Below are positions 1 through 11,653 of a DNA stretch of 64,000 bases, piece by piece; position 1 is the first letter of the stretch, and every line of letters starts with the position of its first letter. Made by a program: the position numbers and the translations under genes. The stretch comes from Eledone cirrhosa. Lineage: Eukaryota. The notes under the pieces are model-generated. The model worked only from the letters and a program-made list of their open reading frames with translations. It did no database searches and was not told the DNA's origin. The DNA lies in the NCBI GenBank assembly GCA_964016885.1, contig OZ024758.1:5332001-5396000 (forward strand), in the 5' to 3' direction.

Positions 1-400
1 ATAAATATATATTATATATATTATATATATTATATATATTATATATATTATATATATTATATATATTATATATAAATATATAAATATATATTATATATAA
101 ATATATATTATATATAAATATATATTATATATAAATATATATTATATATAAATATATATTATATATAAATATATATTATATATAAATATATATTATATAT
201 AAATATATATTATATATAAATATATATTATATTTATATAAATATATATTATATATAAATATATATTATATATAAATATATATTATATTTATATAAATATA
301 TATTATATATATATTTGTATTCATTATATATATATATATGTATATACATTATATATATTATATATATTATATATTTATATTATATACTTTATATACATTA
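1..400. repeat. AT-only minisatellite (~19-bp unit TATATTATATATAAATATA) and (TA)n
   Basis: Tandem repetition visible directly. Confidence 0.9.
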
Positions 401-478
401 TATATACAAAAATAAAACGAACGGCACAGTACATGGAAAAATCTATTAGTTTAACGCTTCACATAGCAGGAAGAGTCA

Positions 479-507
479 TAACGTTTCGGACACTAGTCCT
501 TCATCAG
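479..507 (-). ncRNA. Minimal type I hammerhead ribozyme motif in a Penelope-like terminal repeat fragment (~410-570)
   Basis: Minus strand reads CTGATGA-a-GGAC-tagt-GTCC-GAAA-cg-TTA. A second copy of the same element lies at ~18545-18750. Confidence 0.6.
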
Positions 508-707
508 AAAATAGAATATAAAGAATAAGAGAAAGGAACAGAAACGGACCAACGCACTTCTAACCGTTTATTCTTGTCCTTTTAAGATTTTACCCGACGC
601 CATCATTGGGAGCATTTTGCTGTTTTGGCAGCTATCCTTGCGTTGAGGTTTTCTCTTTATTCTATAAATTCTAATACACTCGCGCCTCAACACGATTTTC
701 GAGTAAA

Positions 708-749
<42 letters not shown>

Positions 750-756
750 GAGAGTG

Positions 757-922
757 TGGTAAGATACCAGATGGACCATAACACACCAGAGTACTCGATA
801 CTTGGGGTAGTAGAGTGGGTAATATGAAAAGATTCGGGACCCCGATGGCTGAGCTCCGGCCATCGCATCTAGCTGTCGAAATGGCCGGAGCTCAGCCGTC
901 GGGGTTCTGAATCTTTTCCTAT
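757..922 (+). repeat. Dispersed repeat ending in a long GC-rich hairpin (~828-919)
   Basis: Arms gaaaagattcgggaccccgatggctgagctccggccat / atggccggagctcagccgtcggggttctgaatcttttc. Related copy at ~53149-53315; inverted partial copies at ~26883-26950 and ~53330-53437. Confidence 0.7.
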
Positions 923-2054
923 ATATGTATATATATAGAGATAGATACATACATACATACACACATACATGCAGGCAGATAGATAGATAGCAAAATGTGT
1001 CAAATATGGAAAGAAAAATGCCGTTTATTTTACACATGAGTTCCCATCGCTGTTCAATTTGACTGATATAACTTCGTTAATGTCCGCTTATATCAAATAT
1101 TACATTTCAATCCGATTGAATAATTTTTTCGTGCAATAAATTCAAATATCGTATGATTATAAGAATTATGTGAAAATGATATCCTGGTTCTGACTCTGAC
1201 ACAAAATATATTTGATTATATATCACTGCACGAAATTATATAACAGTGTTGTTGAAGTAGTGTGTGTGTATATATATATATGTGTGTGTGCGTGTGTTTA
1301 ACATACACAGATACATACACGCGCACACACAAATATACACACAAATACACACAGTTATGTATGTATATATCTATATGTGTGTGTGTGCAATTCATAGATA
1401 CAAATAAATACACACATTTATGTATGTATATATGTATATTTGTGTGTGCGTGTCTGTATCTGTGTATGTTAAACAGACACACACACGCATTCATAGACAC
1501 ATATGCGCATGTCTGTTTTATTTTACAATTAAAAAAAAAAATCGCAATTTAATGGTGGCAGTTCAATCACGTGACCCGAAGCTGTCATTCTTAAAACTCG
1601 TCAATGGAGAATCAAATCATTTTACAAAATATGTTTGTTTCTTTCTCTTTTGTTATTTTCTCATAAAATTATTTGTGCAAATCTATGAACTTTCATTAAT
1701 TCTGTCTCTCTTTCCACGTATATTTCTTTCTTTCTTGTTAATAAATATAATATTTTATTTAAAGTGTGAATATTCGATGGGAAATCATTATTCTATTCTT
1801 TCATAATATACTTTTGTTATTTAGTATAGTTAGAAAAATGTTCTTCTATTTGGCAAGATAATCATAACCGTATGTATTTCCTGTTTCAATTAAATAGCGT
1901 AAATACAGGATTTATTTTCTCGCTGAAAAAGTTAAGAGCAGGTAATTAGGCAGAAATATGTTGGAATATAATGCCACGGCCATATTGGAGAGGGGGTTTG
2001 TTTTATTATTCTATAACGATGCAAGAGAAATATATTTTTCAAACTGAGCTGGCG

Positions 2055-2095
<41 letters not shown>

Positions 2096-2551
2096 GAACC
2101 AGTTTACGCTAATATAATATATATATAAAGATATATATATATATCGGAATACAAAAACAACAAGACAGGAGTACAAGTTACAAATGATATTAGATTCACG
2201 CTTAGTGAGAGTGTGTGTGTGTATATATATATACATACATACAAATATAATTTCAGCGAGATCGTATTTCGGCGGTGGCCAAAAACAAAACGCAATCCTC
2301 GAGATATGCGGCAAGCGCTCAATGGACTAAAAGAAGACCAGAGCAATTAACATACGTTATAGAGGCCAGACAAAATGAAAACAGTGGTCATGAAGCCATC
2401 AGCCACCTGTGCCAAAAAAACGAAGCAAGCTAAACATATATATATATGTAGAAGTTATATGTAATTAGTTGGGATACAACAAGCAAATATGTTTATATAA
2501 CTGATATAAAGCACTCAACAAATTATTGGAGTAAAAATACGATATATTAAC

Positions 2552-2887
2552 AAATGGAAACTATATTTATAAAACCATATTTATTTCATTATACATATTT
2601 CAAGGACACCAAGTCAAATTATGGTGCGCTTTCATCAAATAAAATATAATATAGATCAGTTTTATAATTAAATATTGATATACCCTTAAAGAATGCGACC
2701 ATTTCTGTTGGAAGCTCCCGGGAGCTTCCAACAGAAATGGTCGCATTCTTTAAGGGTATATCAATATTTAATTATAAAACTGATCTATATTATATTTTAT
2801 TTGATGAAAGCGCACCATAATTTGACTTGGTGTCCTTGAAATATGTATAATGAAATAAATATGGTTTTATAAATATAGTTTCCATTT
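2552..2887. repeat. Perfect 336-bp palindrome (168-bp arms, no spacer)
   Basis: Centre CCC|GGG at 2719/2720; arms read as exact reverse complements and extend about 10 bp further after a 3-nt indel. Confidence 0.9.
2793..2857 (+). ncRNA. Type I hammerhead-like motif (C3->U variant); mirror copy on the minus strand at 2582-2646
   Basis: Stem I tattttat/atgaaata; TTGATGA; stem II aagcgcacca/tggtgtcctt; GAAA; near-palindromic stem III ATATGTAT; AUA cleavage triplet. Confidence 0.55.
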
Positions 2888-2906
2888 AATATATCGTGTG
2901 TGTGTG

Positions 2907-2951
<45 letters not shown>

Positions 2952-3247
2952 CTGCTGTAAAGGTCTCTGCTGAACTATTGATCAAAGAGAATCGCTAATT
3001 AAATCATGTTCATTAGTATGTGTGAAAATTACGATATTTCAAAAAAATCACCGTGGGAAACATATCATGTGAAGGCACGTGACTCGATGGTTAGAGAATT
3101 GGATTTGCAATTGCGATAAGCTCCTAAAGAGATAGAAGAGAAAATACAAAACAATGAAAAAGATTGTTTGAATAATTTGCCATATGGATAGTGATGAAAT
3201 ATTGGAAAAGATAATGTGTATGTGTATATATATACATATATATTGTT

Positions 3248-3302
<55 letters not shown>

Positions 3303-3387
3303 CACACACACAAGTAGCTATCCTCACTCTCTCTATATATATACACGTATATATAGTCAACTAGCTATCCTATCTCTCTCTCTATAT

Positions 3388-3760
3388 CATCATCGTTTAA
3401 CGTCCATCTTCCACGCTAGCATGGGTTTGGACGGGAATTTTCCCACTTGAGGCAAGAGTGGTTGTCTTGCTCGCATAGGACTCTCTGGCGGGTTTTCTAC
3501 GGCTGGATGCCCTTCCTAACACCAACCACGTTTACAGTGTGGACTGGGAGGTTTTTACCGTGTTACCTACACGGCCACATTACAGCGTGGACTGGGAGTT
3601 TTTTTGTCATGACACCTACACGACCTCATTTATTTAGGACTGGATGTTACATCGAAAGGGGTAGTGGGACGGGGTGTATTTTGGTAAGAGGTGCCTACTG
3701 ACTGTAGGTTTCGCTTTGCACTGAGGCAAGGCGGGTCTTCTGTATTACTGCGTAGCGCCA
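3388..3760 (-). mobile_element. SINE/RTE-tail-related dispersed repeat with (ATG)n tail
   Basis: Tail motif catcatcatcgtttaacgtccatcttccacgctagcatggg. Copies at ~21338-21610, 23482-23855, 46790-46952, 53595-54128, 55025-55300 (opposite strand), 61505-61695. Confidence 0.7.
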
Positions 3761-4509
3761 GTAATATATATATATTTATATATACATACACACAACTAGC
3801 TATCCTATCTATCTCTTTATATATATATATATATATAATCAGCCTTTTATCTAGAGGGGGAGAGTAAGGAAAATGCAAAGTTCGGTGTAGATGTTAAAGA
3901 ATCCTTTAACAAAACTGTGATATATATTTCAAATGCGATCGTGGCTACGTGATTATTTAATCATATAACCAGTTACGCGATCTCATCAGGCAGCATCATT
4001 ATGTAATAAAGTCACCTTTCCGAGGCAATCCAATCTATATACATACATATATATATATATATATGACCATATATATATATATATGACCATATATATATAC
4101 GTGTATTCATACATGTCTCTATATATACATATATTGTATGTATGTAAGTATATACGTGTGGATATACGTAAGTAGGTACGTAATGGTATATTTGCAAAAA
4201 GTATTGAAATTTAAATAAACTGATAATATCAGCCATAAATCTATTGAGTTGAAGATAAATGTCTGAAATAGAAATACATCTACCAAGCAATTTGATTTGC
4301 TATATGATTAAGACACATATATATATTCGATTTATATTCAACTTTATTTATAAATGAAGACGTGTAGTTGAGTGGTTAGAGAATTGGAGTTGCGACCGAT
4401 AGAAAGTATTAGCAACTGGAAAGACCAACGGAAACATTGTTTCCTCGGTCCGATTTGACGAAAGTCGATCGATCCATTTTATTTATAAGGCAAAAATAAA
4501 TGGAGTGTA

Positions 4510-4705
4510 GGAGGGTAGGCTGAAAAGTTCATGTGTTGACTGAAGGAGTTATGCTAGAACTGTGAAATCTTGCGTACATTAATTTCACCTCTTCTTATAA
4601 ATAACTGCATTGTTTCTTTCCAGGGACTGTGTTGAAAAATAAACCTCATTTGGTCATTCCATGAGAGTATCTTGGTCAGCTTATGAACCATTCAGCCGAC
4701 CTCAT
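4510..4705. mobile_element. Tc1/mariner-type MITE
   Basis: TIRs gagggtaggctgaaaagttcat / atgaaccattcagccgacctc. Related copies at ~38264-38415, 38530-38640, 40468-40610, 47240-47412 and tandem pieces at 54535-54920. Confidence 0.65.
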
Positions 4706-4746
4706 ACATTTGATTTGCTTTCATTTGAATTTTTCTTCCTTTTTAG

Positions 4747-4788
4747 GGTTTCTTCGTGGCGTTGCTTTTCTGTTTCTTGAATAGCGAG
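4747..4788 (+). CDS. Class B1 (secretin-family) GPCR, TM7 exon (partial gene; upstream exons not found in window)
   Basis: ttttag|42 nt|gtaagg encodes GFFVALLFCFLNSE, the characteristic 42-nt phase-0 TM7 exon of class B1 GPCRs. Subfamily cannot be resolved. Confidence 0.9.
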
Positions 4789-4980
4789 GTAAGGGTTACA
4801 CTTTCACTTATTTCTGTCGTCTTGCAGTGTGAGAGAGAGAGAGAGAGAGAGAGCAGTAAGTAAGATACTCAGTGGGAATGACTTCTATAGGGCTAGAACA
4901 GGGCTTTCCTGGTGGTTTTCTTCGAATAAAACAGTTCTAGCCCTGTAGAAGCCATTTCTGTATTAAACACACACACACTG

Positions 4981-5158
4981 ACAGTATCGGTAGAGGGTCG
5001 GACACCATGCTTTACAGCAAAGAGTTACGGGTCTTTATAATCTGAGTTCAAATCCCGCCAAGGTTAACTTTGCCTTTCAGCCTTGCGGGGCGATAAAATA
5101 AAGTACCAGTAATACACTGGGATAATTGCTGGCCTTGTGCCAAAACTAGAAACAATTA
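4981..5158 (+). mobile_element. tRNA-derived SINE with MetaSINE-like core (representative copy)
   Basis: B-box-like gagttcaaatcc and core tttgcctttcatccttacggggtcgataaaataaagtaccag. More than 15 copies, e.g. ~5727-5830, 7725-7850(-), 8990-9340, 10130-10395, 15931-16130, 19285-19462, 20935-21145(-), 29235-29415(-), 30440-30580, 32100-32288(-), 58250-58420, 62165-62325. Confidence 0.8.
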
Positions 5159-5210
5159 TATATATATATAATAAATGTGAAGACTAAAATCCGAAGAGGG
5201 CCCCATAAAG

Positions 5211-5254
<44 letters not shown>

Positions 5255-5291
5255 TAAAACCGTAGAGCAAATATTTATTAAAATAACAGAT

Positions 5292-5400
5292 TAAAGTCTA
5301 AGCAAAGAATCGCTGCTTTCACCCTTAACGGGATCTTCTGAAACTCAGTTTCAGAAGATCCCGTTAAGGGTGAAAGCAGCGATTCTTTGCTTAGACTTTA
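5292..5400. repeat. Perfect palindrome, 54-bp arms with 1-nt spacer
   Basis: Centre at C5346. One arm recurs singly at ~24351-24425. Flanked by the direct repeat tttattaaaataacagattaaa. Confidence 0.9.
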
Positions 5401-5431
5401 TTTATTTATTTATTAAAATAACAGATTAAAT

Positions 5432-5601
5432 ATACCGTATTTCCCGGCGCTGAAGACACCTCATCCACGAGGACGCGCCCTAATTTTGACAATCAAAAAT
5501 TTGAAAAAAATAAACAACCTTCGGCCTCCAGGACGCATGGTAGATTTTTGAGACTTATTTTAGGAAAAAAGTAGCGTCTTCGACGCCGGGAAATTCGGTA
5601 T
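5432..5601. mobile_element. Tc1/pogo-type MITE in TA context
   Basis: TIRs taccgtatttcccggcg / cgccgggaaattcggta. Inverted copy at ~19081-19252. Confidence 0.7.
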
Positions 5602-6382
5602 ATATATATGTACCAGTAATGTACTGGGTTTTTGCTGGCCTTGTGCCAATAGTACAAACAATTATTATTATGATTATTATTAGTAATATTATTAGTGGTT
5701 GTGTTTTGTTGTTATTTCTTTTAACAGTCGAGGTTAACTTTGCCTTTCATCCTGACGGGGGTCAATAAAATAAAGTACCAGTAATGTCCTGGGTATTTGT
5801 TGGCCTTGTGCCAATAGAAGAAACAATTATTTCTTTTATTTAGTCTCCTGTTCTCTTCATGCATACAATAACTAAATTTAAAAAATTTGAAAAACGAGAA
5901 CCGTCTAACCTTGATTTACGCAAGTTGGTTTCTATTAATTCCCTAGGGAATTGTTTGACTAAATGCTTTGCTTATTTGTTTATTTATTTTTCAAAGATTT
6001 TTATTCTTTCTCTAAGACTTTTTTTTTTAAAGATATTTTTTGAAAGCAAAGCATTGGCCTCTAAATACCACAGTGGGCCCTGCAATGCTACCATAGGCCC
6101 CCTAGGGCCCAATTGCCATTGGGCAACTTGCCAGACTGCCACTGGCCTCAGCGTATATCTGCATCAGCAACGGTATACGGAATCCATTGTACATCTGATG
6201 ACAGCAGAAGGACCTAAATTATTTCTCACATGTGCGAGATTGCGAGCGAGACTACCCGTTTTGTGAAATGTTGCAGCTGATTAGATTGAATCCAGTGGTT
6301 GATTGGTCCTCGTTTTTATCTCCACCCGAAACAATCAAAGGCAAATATGACTGCGATGTGATCTGAATTTAAAACAAGTCGC

Positions 6383-6418
<36 letters not shown>

Positions 6419-7049
6419 TGGCTGCCAACTCGTTTTCGAGTACGACCACTACTTTATATCCATGTAGGAGAACCCCTACGAGTGTGACTTTATAGTCCAG
6501 CTAGCGACTTGAAAAACTCTGGTACAAACACTACACTTGTGACAATTATTGATACATAGTGCTGGGCCCATGGTACCATGTGACGACAAGTAAAGGGGAG
6601 ATCTCCAGATATAAAGCAATGCCTGTGCCGTGAAGCTTTTATCGTGAGCAAAGGCACTACACAAAGCCAGTCCCACTCTCTTAACCAAGATGATATTTAC
6701 CAAAAAGAAAAACAAGTCAACATCATTGGATACCATCAAGGTTGCAGGTGTTATATCATTGGATACCATCAAGGTTGCAGGTGTTATATCAGAATTTTCC
6801 TTCTCCTAGAATTCTGCCTTGACAAAGGCTAAGGGGTCATCTCTCCCGGTGATTTTGGATGGCCATTGACTCTTAAGAGCCTCCTTTGCCCTTTGACAGG
6901 TTTTGTTTTTAGTCCTGCAGGATGTCCAAAGTCACCCTCCTCACCAAGAAACCTTGGTGGGATTGGCAGTTTAGTCGCCAACGACCCGACCATGAGACAG
7001 GTTGTACTGGGATACATGTTACCAGTAGCACCAACTGGTGACCTGACAT

Positions 7050-7268
<219 letters not shown>

Positions 7269-7879
7269 TAAGGTATTTCCAAATTTTGTATATTATGTTT
7301 AAAATGCTGACTAACTCTAGTAATTTTATTCGTGTCTTAAGTTAATTTCTGTTTGATGAGTCTGAAAACGAATGGATGGCTCGCCTGAAAGAGTTTATTG
7401 TCTAGTTGTTAATGCTGGCCAAAATATCCAATTAAAAGATTGCGTGCTCATTCACTCCTGATTATTCAACGCAACGGTTAACTTTTTCATTCTACTCAAT
7501 AGAATATTATCTGTGATAATTCAGATATAATAAAACATAATTGTCAACAGAAATACCTATCAAATCGATAACAATTTTAACACGGAATTTGGTAGCTAAA
7601 GATAAGAGAATTAGAAATTATTAGGTTCTAATCGATTGAATAAAATTATATTTGAAGATGGAAGAGTAAGACTTATTAGCTACCACACCTTATCGCTCTC
7701 ACTTCAAGAATCTAAATAATAATTGCTTCGAATTTTGGCACAAGGCCAGCAAAGATTGATTAAATCGACTCTAGTACATAATTTGTACTTTATTTTATCG
7801 ACCCTAGAGGGATGAAGGCAAAGTTGACTCGGCAGGATTTGATTGTAGAAATCCGAAACAAATGTTACAAATGCGTTTT

Positions 7880-8990
7880 TCTTTTAATTATCATTATTCC
7901 CACAGCACCTACTATTATAGGGATTGTTTGGGGCTTTTTTCATCCTTCACAGGCGGGTTATTTCTATCTGCAGGTCTTTATATTTTGATATTTTTTCCAT
8001 TTCTTTGTCGTCTATGGAGATTGATACGTCAGTTCATAGGTATTTCTTTTTTGTGATCTTTGATTACAATACCTGGTCGATTGTCTTTGACCTCTGTCTG
8101 TGTATCGGCATTTCCCAGAGTATGATTGCTTTATTATTTTCTGACACAATTTTTGGTGTATGTCTATACCACCTTTTTTTCTGTGGTATTTCATAATATT
8201 GGCATAACTTCCAGTGTACGTAAGTAACTATTCTGTCATGTCTGTGGATATATTCTTTATGGTGCTTATACCGAGTAACCAAGGAGGAGAATGAGAATAA
8301 TTGTTTTCTTCTCCAGCTATACATATTCTACAGTTACTTAATGAGTTCTGCTTTATTATGTATTTTTGGTTGTTTCTTGTGAGAAGGCATTGATCTTGAG
8401 CTACAATTAAGAATCCTTCAGTCTCAGCCTTCTTAGCTAGTGCTGTAGACAGCCAACACTTTTCTTAGCTAGTGCTGTAGACAGCCAACACTTTTCTTAG
8501 CTAGTGCTGTAGACAGCCAACACTTTTCTTAGCTAATGCTGTAGACAGCCAACACTTTTCTTAGCTAATGCTGTAGATAGCCAACACTTTTCTTAGCTAG
8601 TGCTGTAGATAGCCAACACTTTTCTTAGCTAGTGCTGTAGATAGCCAACACTTTTCTTAGCTAGTGCTGTGAATATCTCGTTATTCAGCTTTTTCAGGTA
8701 TTGTTGCTTTAGCAAAGTTTTCTGAAGATCGATATTCAATTTAGATGTTAGCCTTTTTACCGTTTCTATTGTAGATTCTTCTTTCCTTTATAACTGTCTG
8801 ACAATTCAACTTGGGTTTTGTATTTATTGGCTTCCTTGAAGACAGAAAACATTTGTTTCTTTGTTCAAGCTTCGTGGCTGTTTGTAAAAACTCGCCATTA
8901 TTCTTCGTTGGGTATTTCAATAGTTCTACAGTCGATATTCTAAACGTTGGACAAAATACATTATGTCAATTGTTCCAACTCTTTTTTGCA
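7880..8990 (-). mobile_element. Degenerate R4/Dong-like non-LTR retrotransposon C-terminal fragment
   Basis: Minus translation HDRIVTYVHWKLCQYYEIPQKKRWYRHTPKIVSENNKAIILW...EKISKYKDLQIEI...IPIIVGAVG resembles the region around the restriction-like endonuclease of R4-clade elements; contains stops and frameshifts. Confidence 0.65.
8430..8670. repeat. 32-bp minisatellite, ~7.5 copies, inside the R4 fragment
   Basis: Unit ttcttagctagtgctgtagacagccaacactt. Confidence 0.9.
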
Positions 8991-10586
8991 TTCTGAGTTA
9001 AAATCCCACCGAGGTCAACTTTGCTCTTCATCTTTCCGGGATCGATAACAGAACATACCAGTCAGATATTGGGGTCGATTTAATCGTCTTTTTCTTCCCT
9101 CTCTAATATTACTGGCTTTGGGCCAAAATTAGAAACCATTATTACTGTTGTTGGTGGATTGGCAGTATCGGTAGAGAGTCGGACGCCATGCTCTACAGCA
9201 TAGTGTTACGGCCCTTTATGATCTGAGTTCAAATCCTGCCGAGGTTAACTTTGCCTTTCATCCCTACGGGGTCGATAAAATAAAGTACCAGTAATACACT
9301 GGGGTAGTTGCTGGCCTTGTGCCTAAAGTAGAAACCGTTACTACTGTTGGTATTTTTACACAGCTAAACCCATTCATTTTCTCCCCCTAAAATATGCTCC
9401 TGCTCCTCCCCGCGTGGTCCCCTTCATACTATCTTTCTACTCTTCCTTTTCCCTCCTCCTCCCCCTCTTTAACTTTCACTTCTACTGGGGTCGTTTCTTC
9501 CTCTAAATCTCTCACTATCACTCTCTACTCTTCTCTGAAAGAAATCTGCTGTATTCAACCCTGAAGAGGAGATGGGCTCTGCCAGGTTTTATAAAATGCC
9601 CTAGAAATGCTGTGTCACTAGGACGCTCATGACGAATCTACCAAGATTAACAGGTTAAAGAAAGACTGAAGAAGGTTGTCCTCGCGATTAAAATAGTTAT
9701 AGATATATTATATAAACAGGGTAGACAGCGTAGACTTGATATACATTTAAAAAAATGAAATGGAGACGCAATGTCTAGCGAGATGACATAAAAAAAACTC
9801 ATCATAAATTGATTGTATAATTTGATGTTTGTAAATAGATCGAAATTCAATTATGTAGGAATTAATATATGTATTTCATATATCAAGATTAGAGGGAATT
9901 CAGTCAATGTTTCGTATCAGAACAAAATACGGTAGTAGGTTATATCTTTTGGATAAACAATGTTTCTATGTATGATTAAACTCTAATAGTTTTAGAAAAT
10001 ATTTTATGCTATTTCTGAATAGAGATATGCAAATATATTTTACATTTGCTAGAGGTTAAAACATCAACATTTCTCATTATACTGTATATATCTTTGCATC
10101 TAATGTTGATTATATGATCAGATAGAGCATTGGTGGATTGGCAGTAGAATTGGTTGCATAATTGGCATAGAGTGACATCCTTTTACACTCTAAGTTCAAA
10201 TTCGCCAAGGTTAGTTTTGCTTCACGGCATAGTGTTATAGTTTTTACATTATGAGATCAAATTCCATCAAGGTTAGCTTTGCCTTTCATTCTTAAGGGGT
10301 CAATAAAATAAAAGTACCAGTAACTCACTAGGATCAATTCAATCGACTTTCCCCTCCCCCAAAATTGTTGGCCTTGTACCTAAACCAGAAACCATTTTAT
10401 GCCCAGATTGCAAGATTTTAATAACAATAAACTTAAGACATTTACTTACAGTATCTAGTGGTTGTCAATTACATTTTTTTCAGCAGAAAAATATGAATTG
10501 GTAAAGGTAAGATTCAAATATGAGATATTGTTGTTGTTAATAATCGCCTAATTAGTTTTATTATCAATATTTTATCTGTGACTAAA

Positions 10587-11176
10587 ATTATATTAAGACA
10601 GTGTATCTAGAACTATATTACGACAATATAATATAATTCTAGATACACTAAGACAGTGTATATAGAATTATATTAAGACAGTGTATCTAGAACTATATTA
10701 CGACAATATAATATAATTCTAGATTCACTAAGACAGTGTATATAGAATTATATTAAGACAGTGTATCTAGAACTATATTACGACAATATAATATAATTCT
10801 AGATACACTAAGACAGTGTATATAGAATTATATTAAGACAGTGTATCTAGAACTATATTACGACAATATAATATAATTCTAGATACACTGTCGTAATATA
10901 ATTCTAGATACACTAAGACAGTGTATATAGAATTATATTAAGACAGTGTATCTAGAACTATATTACGACAATATAATATAATTCTAGATACACTGTCGTA
11001 ATATAATTCTAGATACACTAAGACAGTGTATATAGAATTATATTAAGACAGTGTATCTAGAACTATATTACGACAATATAATATAATTCTAGATACACTG
11101 TCGTAATATAATTCTAGATTCACTAAGACAGTGTATATAGAATTATATTAAGACAGTGTATCTAGAATTATATTAT
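10587..11176. repeat. Higher-order minisatellite with internal inverted repeats (80-bp then 105-bp period)
   Basis: taagacagtgtatctag recurs at 10594, 10674, 10754, 10834, 10939, 11044 and 11149; each unit contains gtgtatctagaa...ttctagatacac. Confidence 0.9.
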
Positions 11177-11653
11177 CCAATTACTTTTTTCAACAAAAAA
11201 CAGTAAGTTGTATAACTTAAGCGATCACATCAAGGTTCGTTCACTTAAATAAATATTAGTTTCACCCTGAAGTGTTAATCATTCAATTAGAATTGATGTA
11301 AAAATATTGGTTTTGTAATTAAAAAGATATCAATAATATTGACTGAACATATGGTTTGGTGAGTTTTACGATCTTTGTAAAATTTGAAAATTATCTTCAG
11401 GGGATGGAATAAGCAAGGGTGTGTGGAATAAGCGGGGGGAAGTAGGGGTGTCTAAAACATTAAGGGGGTGGGACTATTATTCAAGACCCGAGAGTACTCC
11501 CATATTTCGATTGGCAGTATCGGTAGATGGTCGGACGCCATGCTTTGACACAGAGTTACGGCCTTTGCCATTCTGAGTTCAAATTCTGCCGAGGTTAACT
11601 TTGCCTTTCATCCTTACGGAGGTCGATAAAATAAAGTACCAGTAATACACTGG

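Noticed and set aside
9561-9640. CTGAAGA...GAA hammerhead-like words (also ~7353 and ~14557)
   Set aside because: Stems I-III could not be formed convincingly.
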